Part shown: piece after piece, positions 37,322 to 45,812 of the stretch
Layout: every line of letters begins with the position of its first letter
Position numbering within the stretch: position 1 is the first letter of the stretch
Origin: Candidatus Saccharimonadales bacterium
GTDB lineage: Bacteria; Chloroflexota; Dormibacteria; Aeolococcales; Aeolococcaceae
DNA: 64,000 nucleotides
Assembly (NCBI GenBank): GCA_035532495.1
Contig: DATKQX010000026.1
Coordinates: 14,160-78,159 of the forward strand
Direction of reading: 5' to 3'
Notes under the pieces: generated by a model
The model's input: the letters and a program-made list of their open reading frames with translations, nothing else
Database searches by the model: none
Told to the model about the DNA's origin: nothing
Program-made: the position numbers and the translations under genes

Positions 37322-38875
37322 ATGCCATCCGACGATCTCTTCGCAGAGCGGCGCCGCAAGGTCGACGCGTTGCGTGAACGCGGCATCGCGTCATACGGCG
37401 TCGACTTCGCGCCGACGGCGTCCATCGAGGAGGCACGCCGGCTACTCGCGACCTACGAGACCGATCATCCCGACGCGGAGGTCGACGCTGCGGATCGACC
37501 CATCGTCTCTGTCGCCGGCAGGGTCATGCAGTTGCGAGATCTCGGCGGTGCCGCATTCGCGCATGTCGAGGACGAGACCGGGCGCATGCAGATGTGGTTC
37601 CGCGCGGACCGGCCCGGCGACGCGCATGCGCTCGTGGGCATGCTCGACCTTGGCGACATCGTCGGTATCACCGGCCCGCTCACGCGCACGCGACGCGGCG
37701 AGCCGAGCGTGCTCGTGGATGCGATCACGCTGCTCGTCAAGTCGCTGCACTCACCGCCGGAAAAGTTTCACGGGCTCCAGGACCAGGAGACGAAATACCG
37801 CAAGCGTTATCTCGACCTGCTGAGCGATGCGTCGCAGCGGCGCCACTTCGCGACGCGTTCGCGGCTGATCCGCGCACTCCACGCCACCCTTGCTCAGCGA
37901 GGCTTCCTCGAGGTCGAGACGCCAATCCTGCAACCGATTCCCGGTGGCGGCGCGGCGGTGCCGTTTCGCACGCACTGGAATGCGCTGCACACCGACGTCT
38001 ATCTGCGCATCGCCATCGAGCTGCACCTCAAGCGCCTGCTCGTCGGCGGTTACGCGCGTGTCTACGAGATCGGTCGTGTCTTTCGCAACGAGGGACTGTC
38101 GCCGCGCCACAACCCGGAATTCACGATGCTCGAGGCGTATCAGGCATACGCGACGTATGACGACATGCGCGAGCTCACCGAGGCGCTGATCACCGCGGCC
38201 GCCAACGCGGCGGGACCGCAAGTCGTCGAGGAGGATGAAGGCGGCAGTGCACCGTGCGAGGACCCGTTGCTGCGCACGGTGTTCGGACAGTCACTCGACC
38301 TCCGTCCACCGTATCGCGCGGAGACCATGGTGCATCTTGTGCGCGAGCAGACCGGTGTCGACGCGATCGCGTCGTGGGACGAGATGCACGCCGAGGCAGC
38401 GAGGATCGGTGTCGAGGTCGCGCCCAACCTCGGGGCGGGCGCGGTATTGCTGGAAATCTACGAGCAGCGCGTCGAGGGCACGCTCTGGGAGCCGACGTTC
38501 GTCCTCGACTACCCCGCGGAGGTGAGTCCGCTCGCCCGCCGGCGCCGCGATGATCCGCGCTTCGTCGAGCGGTTCGAGCTGATCATCGCCGGTCGTGAGC
38601 TGGCCAACGCGTTCAGCGAGCTGAACGACCCGATCGACCAGCGCGCCCGGTTCGAGGAGCAGGCGCGACTCCGCGGCGCGGGCGACGCTCAGATACCGCC
38701 GATCGACGAAGACTTTCTCGAGGCGATCGAGGTCGGGATGCCGCCGGCGGGCGGTCTGGGTATCGGTGTCGATCGCCTCGTGATGCTGCTCACGGGCGCC
38801 GCGACGATTCGCGACGTCCTGCTGTTTCCCACCATGCGTCCGCAGCGTGGTGCCGACACGGGAGCAGACAGCTGA
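37322..38875 (+). CDS. lysS: lysine--tRNA ligase (class II)
   Basis: OB-fold N-term, class II motifs 1-3. Confidence 0.9.
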   Translation: MPSDDLFAERRRKVDALRERGIASYGVDFAPTASIEEARRLLATYETDHPDAEVDAADRPIVSVAGRVMQLRDLGGAAFAHVEDETGRMQMWFRADRPGDAHALVGMLDLGDIVGITGPLTRTRRGEPSVLVDAITLLVKSLHSPPEKFHGLQDQETKYRKRYLDLLSDASQRRHFATRSRLIRALHATLAQRGFLEVETPILQPIPGGGAAVPFRTHWNALHTDVYLRIAIELHLKRLLVGGYARVYEIGRVFRNEGLSPRHNPEFTMLEAYQAYATYDDMRELTEALITAAANAAGPQVVEEDEGGSAPCEDPLLRTVFGQSLDLRPPYRAETMVHLVREQTGVDAIASWDEMHAEAARIGVEVAPNLGAGAVLLEIYEQRVEGTLWEPTFVLDYPAEVSPLARRRRDDPRFVERFELIIAGRELANAFSELNDPIDQRARFEEQARLRGAGDAQIPPIDEDFLEAIEVGMPPAGGLGIGVDRLVMLLTGAATIRDVLLFPTMRPQRGADTGADS

Positions 38876-40131
38876 TGCTCCCACTGCAGCGCATCCGCGA
38901 TGACCCGGAGTCGATTCGCGACGGCGCGCGCCGCAAGGGCGAGGACGCGCCGATCGACGCGCTCCTCGCGCTCGACACCGAGGCGCGCGCGTTGCGCACC
39001 GCTGTCGAGCAGGCGCGCGCCGAACAGCGAGCCGCGTCGGCGACCGTGCGTGGCGCACCGTCGGAGGAGCAGCGCGCCGCGCTCAGCGTGCTGAAGCTGC
39101 GGGTGCAGGAAGGTGAGGTGATGCTGGGAGAGCTCGACGAGCGCGTCCAGACGCTCCTGCTCGAAATGCCCAACATGCCCCATGAGAGCGTGCCCGACGG
39201 CAGCGGCCCCGACGACAACGTTGTCGCGCGTACCTGGGGCGAGCCGCAGTCATTCGACTTCGACGCGCTGCCGCACTACGAGCTCGGTGAACGGCTGGGC
39301 ATCTTCGATTTCGAGCGGGCTGCGAAGATCAGCGGATCGCGGTTCGCCATCCTTCGCGGCGACGGTGCGCGTCTGCAGCGGGCACTCACCTCGTTCATGC
39401 TCGACGTCGCGCGCGATCAGGGGTACAGCGAGATCGCCCCGCCCTACCTCGTGCGCCGCGAGGCGATGACCGGCACAGCGCAGCTGCCGAAGTTCGAGGA
39501 TGAGGCCTACCACACCGACGATGGGCTCTTTCTCATCCCGACCGCTGAGGTGCCGGTCACCAACCTGTATGCCGGCGAGATTCTCGAGGCTACGCAACTG
39601 CCGATCGCGCACGTCGCGTTCACGCCCTGCTGGCGGCGGGAGGCCGGTGCGGCGGGCAAGGATACGCGCGGCTACATCCGTCTGCATCAGTTCGAGAAGG
39701 TCGAGATGGTGCGGTTCACGACACCGGAACGGTCGCTTGACGAGCTCGAGCTGATCACGTCGCATGCCGAGCATGTGCTGCAGCTGCTCGGGTTGCACTA
39801 TCGAGTGCTGCTGATGTGCACTGGCGACCTTGGGTTCGCGCAATGGAAGAAGTACGACGTCGAGGTCTGGGCACCGGGGTTGCGGCAGTGGCTCGAGGTG
39901 TCGTCGTGCTCGGTGTTCGCGGACTTTCAGGCGCGTCGCGCCAACATCCGCTACCGCCCGTCGGCGCAGGAGAAGCCGCGTTTCGTGCACACCCTCAACG
40001 GCAGCGCGCTCGGCGTGCCACGCACGTACGACGCGGTGCTCGAGGCGAACCAGCAGCGCGACGGATCCGTCGTCATTCCGTCGCCGCTGCGTCCGTATCT
40101 CGGTGGCATGGAACGACTTGTCGCGTCGTGA
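38875..40131 (+). CDS. serS: serine--tRNA ligase
   Basis: Coiled-coil N-term, class II core; ATG overlaps lysS stop. Confidence 0.9.
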   Translation: MLPLQRIRDDPESIRDGARRKGEDAPIDALLALDTEARALRTAVEQARAEQRAASATVRGAPSEEQRAALSVLKLRVQEGEVMLGELDERVQTLLLEMPNMPHESVPDGSGPDDNVVARTWGEPQSFDFDALPHYELGERLGIFDFERAAKISGSRFAILRGDGARLQRALTSFMLDVARDQGYSEIAPPYLVRREAMTGTAQLPKFEDEAYHTDDGLFLIPTAEVPVTNLYAGEILEATQLPIAHVAFTPCWRREAGAAGKDTRGYIRLHQFEKVEMVRFTTPERSLDELELITSHAEHVLQLLGLHYRVLLMCTGDLGFAQWKKYDVEVWAPGLRQWLEVSSCSVFADFQARRANIRYRPSAQEKPRFVHTLNGSALGVPRTYDAVLEANQQRDGSVVIPSPLRPYLGGMERLVAS

Positions 40132-40607
40132 CTGGCGCCGACATCGACCCCTCGTGGCTCAATGACCGAAGCGCGTTTCAACGGAACTTCGTCCACGGTC
40201 TGCGCAACCCGGCCGGCTTGCACCTGCAGTACGAGCTCGACGGCGACCGTGTGTGCACGGCATGGATGCCGGGCACCGACCATGTCGGCTTTCCGGGTTT
40301 CGCGCACGGCGGCCTCGTGAGCGCGGTGCTCGACGATGCTATGGGTCGCTGCTCGGCACTGCACCGGCACTGGGTGGTGACCGCGCGCCTCGAGGTGCGT
40401 TTCCGTCAGCCCGCACCGGTAGGGACGGTGCTTCGTGTTGAGGGCTGGATCACGCGACTGCTGCGCCGCGCACTGCACACCGAGGGGCGCGTGCTCCTTC
40501 CGGGTGGGGCCGTCGTGGCGGAGGCGACGGGCTTGTACCTCCCGCTGTCAGAAGCGCTGCAGCAACAGATGATCGACGCGTGGCCCGGTTTCGAGGAGTA
40601 CCTCTGA
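40128..40607 (+). CDS. PaaI/hotdog-fold thioesterase family protein
   Basis: GFAHGG motif; GTG start overlapping serS stop (alternative later ATG). Confidence 0.65.
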   Translation: MTGADIDPSWLNDRSAFQRNFVHGLRNPAGLHLQYELDGDRVCTAWMPGTDHVGFPGFAHGGLVSAVLDDAMGRCSALHRHWVVTARLEVRFRQPAPVGTVLRVEGWITRLLRRALHTEGRVLLPGGAVVAEATGLYLPLSEALQQQMIDAWPGFEEYL

Positions 40608-40614
40608 GCGTGGT

Positions 40615-41748
40615 TCAGCCGGGGAGCGAAGCGCGATTCGCGCGCCGGCGCCCACGGATTCGGGCCTCCGCAGTCGCGCGCGCAACCTCCTCGACGACAG
40701 TCGCCTCGGCGGAGTGCCCCCAGAAACCGTGCGGTGCGAGCGTGTAATCGATGAGCTGTTGGAGGTGCTCGCCATATGTGCCCTTCAGATCCACGAGGCG
40801 CCGGCACGCCTCATCCACGTCTCGAAGGTCGAGCCCGAGCTTATTGAGTCCGTTCCATGCCGCCTCGACGCTCTCCCTGGAGATGCCCGTGATGTCCGCC
40901 GGTCTGTCGGTGATGTTCAGCGCGGCAGCAATGTCACCGAGGGCGCGCCTGCCGCGTCGATACATGAAGTACGGCTCGCGCACCTCGGCGCCGACGATGC
41001 AGGCGCACGCAAGCGTCGCAGCGTCGGTCACGACGCCGAGCGCCGTGATCCACGACTGACCTGGATGCTGCGAACGAAAGAGGGCCAGCATCGGGTAGGA
41101 GGTATGGCTCTCGAGCACCTCGGCCGTCCACATCTCCCAGTCGGAGCAGAGGTGATTGAAGAGCTCGAGGCTTCCATCAGAGGTGTGCACCGCGATCACG
41201 CGGAACGGTGTCAGCCGCCCACCCTGCGGATCGTCGAGAGTCAACAGGCGAGCCTCGCGGCGGCTGTACGCGCCGTACAGTGCGGGGAGATACGAGATGA
41301 GCAGCGCGATCGTGCCGAGCCCGCTCAGCGTCTCCATCAGGGATAGGAAGCGCACACCCTCACCGTTGAGGAGTCCGAATGCCGGTGCGAGCAGCGACGT
41401 CCCCGAGAAGTAGGCGAGGCTGACCCAGTCGCCGCTCCCAGCGACAGCCTCAGCGAGCCCCCAATAGACGCATGCCCAACCGACACAGAGCCCGGCGAGC
41501 CAGAGGACGAGCAGTCCCAGGAGTGAGAGCGCGGGGTATACGTTGAGAACGAAGTCACCCCCGCGGGACGGCAGATTCGCCGCTGCACTCCGGGTCACGC
41601 GCCAGGTGGACTCGTACCAGAGTCGCGTGGGGCGCCAGCGTGCGGCTCGAGCTCGCGTGACAACCAGTGTCCCGACCGCATCGGCCAGGATGAGCAGCAC
41701 AAGTGCCGCTCCCCCGACGAGCACGAGAGCCCGACCTGCCTCACTCAT
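40615..41748 (-). CDS. hypothetical membrane protein, two-TM pore-like N-terminal region plus cytoplasmic domain
   Basis: TM1 - re-entrant-like segment (AYFSGTSLLAPAFG) - TM2, resembling ion-channel family topology without GYG filter. Confidence 0.55.
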   Translation of the reverse strand: MSEAGRALVLVGGAALVLLILADAVGTLVVTRARAARWRPTRLWYESTWRVTRSAAANLPSRGGDFVLNVYPALSLLGLLVLWLAGLCVGWACVYWGLAEAVAGSGDWVSLAYFSGTSLLAPAFGLLNGEGVRFLSLMETLSGLGTIALLISYLPALYGAYSRREARLLTLDDPQGGRLTPFRVIAVHTSDGSLELFNHLCSDWEMWTAEVLESHTSYPMLALFRSQHPGQSWITALGVVTDAATLACACIVGAEVREPYFMYRRGRRALGDIAAALNITDRPADITGISRESVEAAWNGLNKLGLDLRDVDEACRRLVDLKGTYGEHLQQLIDYTLAPHGFWGHSAEATVVEEVARATAEARIRGRRRANRASLPG

Positions 41749-41819
41749 CCCCGGAGTGTATGGGTCGCGGTGGCCGGCTCAATTCCGTGCACAGATACGT
41801 TGCGCCTAGAGTGAGGACA

Positions 41820-42425
41820 ATGCCTGAAGAACAGGAGATCAAGATCCCGGTGAGCGCGGACTTCGTGCTGCCCGACCTCGATGCCGTCGTGACAGGGACG
41901 CGCGCGGTCGATCGCGGTCTCCTCGAGCTTTCCGCAACGTACTGGGACACCGATCAACTCACGCTGCTGCGCGCCCAACTCGGCCTGCGCCACCGGAGCG
42001 CTTCCGGAGAGACCGGGCGCTGGACGCTCAAGACCGGAGCGCGCCATGTCGGCTTGGCGATCTCCCGAGAGGAGACCGACTTCGTGGGGCCACCCGACGA
42101 GCCACCCGAGGACGCACTGGCGATGATTCGTGAGTCGGTCGGCGATGTGGTGCTCCATCCGGTCGCGAGCCTCGTCACGATCCGGCACACCGTCGACTTG
42201 ATGGCGGGAGAAACGCGATGTGCGGAGGTCGCCGACGACCTGGTGTCGGTCCGTCTCGAGGAACGGACGGTTCAAAACTTCCGGGAGGTGGAGATGGAGC
42301 TCTACGACGCGGACGCGGTGCTCATCGACGCGGTCATGACCCTGCTCCACGACGCGGGCGCCGGTGAGCCCGACAGCACGCCGAAGTACGTGCGTGCGCT
42401 GCGGGCGCTCGGACACGAGGTGTGA
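41820..42425 (+). CDS. CYTH-domain protein (triphosphate tunnel metalloenzyme)
   Basis: N-terminal E.K motif (EIKIPV), acidic residues on alternating strands typical of CYTH. Confidence 0.65.
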   Translation: MPEEQEIKIPVSADFVLPDLDAVVTGTRAVDRGLLELSATYWDTDQLTLLRAQLGLRHRSASGETGRWTLKTGARHVGLAISREETDFVGPPDEPPEDALAMIRESVGDVVLHPVASLVTIRHTVDLMAGETRCAEVADDLVSVRLEERTVQNFREVEMELYDADAVLIDAVMTLLHDAGAGEPDSTPKYVRALRALGHEV

Positions 42426-42443
42426 GATCAAATCGGGAAACGT

Positions 42444-42462
42444 AGCCCGCTCATCGCGGGCT
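42444..42462 (+). terminator. hairpin AGCCCGC-TCATC-GCGGGCT after CYTH gene
   Basis: Perfect 7-bp GC-rich stem 19 nt after stop. Confidence 0.4.
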
Positions 42463-42681
42463 GCGCTCCCGTCCGGCGGGACCGCCCCCCGGGTTCCATC
42501 CCCCTGGCTGGCAACCCCCCTCAATGTGGCCCCTGGCCGAGCATCCTGACAACCGTCAATTCAATCAATGGACCCAAAGTGGGTTGGGTTCACCGTTCTT
42601 TACCCTGCGTGAATATATCTTTGCTTCCGGGCAGGGGTCGGGCCTTCGTATCGGTATCCCGCACCTTGTAAAGTCGGCGCT

Positions 42682-43185
42682 GTGACGGTTGCGGCCTCGG
42701 AGCCCGAAACGCGAAGCAGCGGCTTCTTTCAAGACTCCACCATCCACGATCTCCGCCTTGCCGCGATGTTCCGTCGGGGATTCCGGCAGGCAATGATTCA
42801 GATCAATCGATCGCTTGCCGGGTATGACCTGAGCCCATTGCAGTACCACCTGCTCCTCGAGGCCGGCGCGGCCGGTACCGAGGGCTGCGTCCAGGGCGAT
42901 CTCGCCGATTTCATCCAGGCCCCGGAAGCACGGGTGTCGTTGATGGTCCACGAGTTGAACGCCCGCGGTCTCGTCCGGACGCTGCGTTCCGCACCGGACC
43001 GGCGCATGGTGCGCGTCGGCCTCACCGAGGCGGGCTGCAGGGTGGTCGAGGCTGCGCTCCATGCACAGCGGGCGGCGCTGCACGAGATGGCGCAGGAGTT
43101 CGACGTGCCGGGCGTGGCGCAGATGCTCCGTGGAGCGGTCCAGCTATACCTCGGCGTCGATATCGCGGAGGAAGGCCGCCTCTAG
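42682..43185 (+). CDS. MarR-family transcriptional regulator
   Basis: wHTH core ...LSPLQYHLLLEAGAAGTEGCVQGDLADFIQAPEARVSLMVHELNARGLVRT. Confidence 0.8.
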   Translation: MTVAASEPETRSSGFFQDSTIHDLRLAAMFRRGFRQAMIQINRSLAGYDLSPLQYHLLLEAGAAGTEGCVQGDLADFIQAPEARVSLMVHELNARGLVRTLRSAPDRRMVRVGLTEAGCRVVEAALHAQRAALHEMAQEFDVPGVAQMLRGAVQLYLGVDIAEEGRL

Positions 43186-43761
43186 CACCGCGCCGACGCG
43201 GAGGGCAAAGCGCGGGGTGTGGATCGCCAGCCACAGCGCTTCGCGCCAGTTCGCGGGGTTGCGGATCGCGCGCCCCGGATTCACCCAGGCCGGCGAGAGC
43301 TCATGCCGCGGGGTGTCGAGGATCACCCGGACGGTGCCGAACCGGGGGGCGGTCGCGGCTGCGGCAGCCGACTCCATGTCCACCGCCACGTGGCCGCGAC
43401 CAGCCCAATCACCCCGTCCGGAGCCCGTGACCAGCGCACTGGTGGAGACGAGCGAACCGATGACGACCGGGTATCCGAGGGAGCGGGCGGCTCGCTCCAG
43501 CCTCGCGGCCACGGTTGGGTCGCAGTCGTGGGTTGCCCCAGTCTCGTCCGAGACTGTCGTCGCGATCACCACGGTACCGGGCGCCTGGTCAGTCAGCAAG
43601 CCACCACAGAGACCGGCACTGATGACGATCGAGGCGTCACCGGGCGCCGCCGAACCACCGATGCCCACCTGCGTGATGCTGATTCCCCTGGCGCGCCGCC
43701 GCACCCCCCAGGCCTCGATGCTCATCGCGCAGACCGCCTGGACGCGTTCGTCAGGCGGCAT
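43144..43761 (-). CDS. hpnG: PNP/MTAN-family nucleosidase, hopanoid-associated (HpnG-like adenosylhopane nucleosidase)
   Basis: ISAGLCGG and VDMES motifs of MTA/SAH-nucleosidase fold; last gene of hopanoid operon. Confidence 0.6.
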   Translation of the reverse strand: MPPDERVQAVCAMSIEAWGVRRRARGISITQVGIGGSAAPGDASIVISAGLCGGLLTDQAPGTVVIATTVSDETGATHDCDPTVAARLERAARSLGYPVVIGSLVSTSALVTGSGRGDWAGRGHVAVDMESAAAAATAPRFGTVRVILDTPRHELSPAWVNPGRAIRNPANWREALWLAIHTPRFALRVGAVLEAAFLRDIDAEV

Positions 43762-44746
43762 ACCCGTGCTCTCGGTACCAGCGCACCGCGCGATGGATCG
43801 CCGCGCTTACGCTGGACGGACGGTAGCCGAGCTCGTGGATTGCCTTTGCGCTGCTCGAGTACATGTCAAGACGTCCCATGTGCACTCCCTCCAGCGGGAC
43901 TGCGGGATTCCCGCCGACGACCCGCACCCGGAGATCGTCGGCATGCGCGGCGACAGCGGCAACCATGTAGGGCAGCGGCACCACTCGCGCCGGACGCCCG
44001 GCAGCCCGTGCGACGAGCCGCCAGAGCTCGGCGAGGCTGAGGTTGACGCCTCCGAGGATGTACCGCTCGCGCAGCTCCCCGTGCTCGAGTGCCAGGACAT
44101 GCGCAGCGGCGACATCCTCGACTGCGACCACGTTCATGCCGCCCCGCAGCGTGGCCGGCATCCGCCCCCGGAGCAGGTCGACGATGATCTTGCCGGTCGG
44201 CGTCGGCCGATGGTCGCCGGGGCCGATCGGCGCTGTCGGCAGCACCGTGATGACCGGGGTGGTCGCGCGGAGCGCAGCACGTTCCTGGAGGAGCTTCGAC
44301 GCGTGATAGCTCACCTCGCCAGGCTGTGACTCGGCCCAGCTCCGCTCGGTGACCGGACGCGACGCTGTCGCGGGAGCAAGTGCCGACGAGCTGGACGTGA
44401 CCACGCAGCGCTCGATGCCGGCGATGCGCGCGGCCTCCAGCAGGCCCTGAGTCCCCGCAACGTTCACCTCGGCGATGGTCGTCACGTCGCGAGGAGAGAA
44501 CGAGTAGAGCGCTGCCGTGTGCACGATGTAGCGGCAGCCGCGAAGGGCGGGCACCAACGCCGCGGGAGTCCGGAGGTCGCCGCGCACGTGCACGACGCCG
44601 CGTGGTAGCGGTTCGGGGCCGCGCAGAAGCGCGCGGACTCGGTAGCCGCGAGCGAGCAGCGCGCGCAGCACATGCGACCCCACGAACCCCGAGGCGCCCG
44701 TGAGGAAGACATCACCCTCGCCGGGCGCCGCTCCGAGTGGAGTCAC
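43751..44746 (-). CDS. hpnA: NAD-dependent epimerase/dehydratase, hopanoid-associated (HpnA-like)
   Basis: GASGFVGSHV Rossmann motif, YxxxK; position between hpnH and hpnG. Confidence 0.75.
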   Translation of the reverse strand: MTPLGAAPGEGDVFLTGASGFVGSHVLRALLARGYRVRALLRGPEPLPRGVVHVRGDLRTPAALVPALRGCRYIVHTAALYSFSPRDVTTIAEVNVAGTQGLLEAARIAGIERCVVTSSSSALAPATASRPVTERSWAESQPGEVSYHASKLLQERAALRATTPVITVLPTAPIGPGDHRPTPTGKIIVDLLRGRMPATLRGGMNVVAVEDVAAAHVLALEHGELRERYILGGVNLSLAELWRLVARAAGRPARVVPLPYMVAAVAAHADDLRVRVVGGNPAVPLEGVHMGRLDMYSSSAKAIHELGYRPSSVSAAIHRAVRWYREHGYAA

Positions 44747-44747
44747 G

Positions 44748-45785
44748 TCAGTTCAGTGCGCCCTTGGTCCCGCGAGGGCGCAGGCTGTCGCCTGCGGCGC
44801 GCAGCGACTCACGCAGCGACGACGACGTGGCGACGACCGCGGTGGGCTCATACCCGCAGTGCGCCATGCAATTGCCACAACGCTCGTCGCGTCCCCGGCC
44901 GTACTGCTCCCACTTCGTGGTGTCGATGAGCTCCCGGTACGACGTCGCGTACCCATCGGACATCAGGTAGCAGGGTCGCTGCCAGCCCAGCACCGAGTAG
45001 CTCGGGATGCCCCATGCCGTGCAGCTGAAGTCGACCTTGCCCTCGAGGAAATCGAGGAAAAGGGGGGAGTGGTTGAGCCGCCACTGCTTGCGACGTCCGC
45101 CCGCGAACGCATCGCGGAAGAGTGCGTGCGTGCGCTCGACGTTCAGCCAGTGGTCCTGGTCCGGCGCCTTCTCGTACGCGAATCCCGGTGAGATCTGCAT
45201 GCTGTCGACGCCGACCTCGTCGTTGAGGAAGTCGAGGACACCGCGAATCGAGGTGGCGTCGTCCTGGTCGAAGAACGTCGTGTTGGTGGTCACCCGGAAG
45301 CCGCGCTTCTTGGCCGCGGCGATGGCCGCGATCGCCTTGTCGAACACGCCCGTCCGGCACACCGACTCATCGTGCCGCTCGCGCAGACCGTCGATGTGCA
45401 CCGAGAACGAGAAGTACGGCGATGGGGTGAAGAGATGCAGCTTCTTCTCGAGCAGCAGTGCGTTCGTGCAGAGGTACACGTAGCGCTTGCGCGCCACCAG
45501 CGCGGCTACGATCTGGTCGATCTCCCTGTGCACCAGCGGCTCCCCGCCGGCGATCGAGACCATCGGAGCCTCGCATTCCTCGACGGCGTCGATGCACTGC
45601 TGCACTGTCAGCCGGCGCTGCAGGATGGGGTCCTCGTGCTGGATCTTGCCGCACCCGGCGCAGGCAAGGTTGCACTGGTAGAGCGGCTCGAGCTGCAGGA
45701 CCAGTGCGAACTTCTCGTTGCGGCGCAGCTTCTGCCTGGCCACGTACGTCCCAACCCTGATCGCCTGTCGCAGCGGCACTGCCAT
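44748..45785 (-). CDS. hpnH: radical SAM adenosylhopane synthase HpnH
   Basis: CNLACAGC radical-SAM cluster motif and C-terminal SPASM-like Cys; hopanoid cluster context. Confidence 0.85.
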   Translation of the reverse strand: MAVPLRQAIRVGTYVARQKLRRNEKFALVLQLEPLYQCNLACAGCGKIQHEDPILQRRLTVQQCIDAVEECEAPMVSIAGGEPLVHREIDQIVAALVARKRYVYLCTNALLLEKKLHLFTPSPYFSFSVHIDGLRERHDESVCRTGVFDKAIAAIAAAKKRGFRVTTNTTFFDQDDATSIRGVLDFLNDEVGVDSMQISPGFAYEKAPDQDHWLNVERTHALFRDAFAGGRRKQWRLNHSPLFLDFLEGKVDFSCTAWGIPSYSVLGWQRPCYLMSDGYATSYRELIDTTKWEQYGRGRDERCGNCMAHCGYEPTAVVATSSSLRESLRAAGDSLRPRGTKGALN

Positions 45786-45812
45786 GGTCTGCTCCTTTCT
45801 CCTGGTCGTTGC

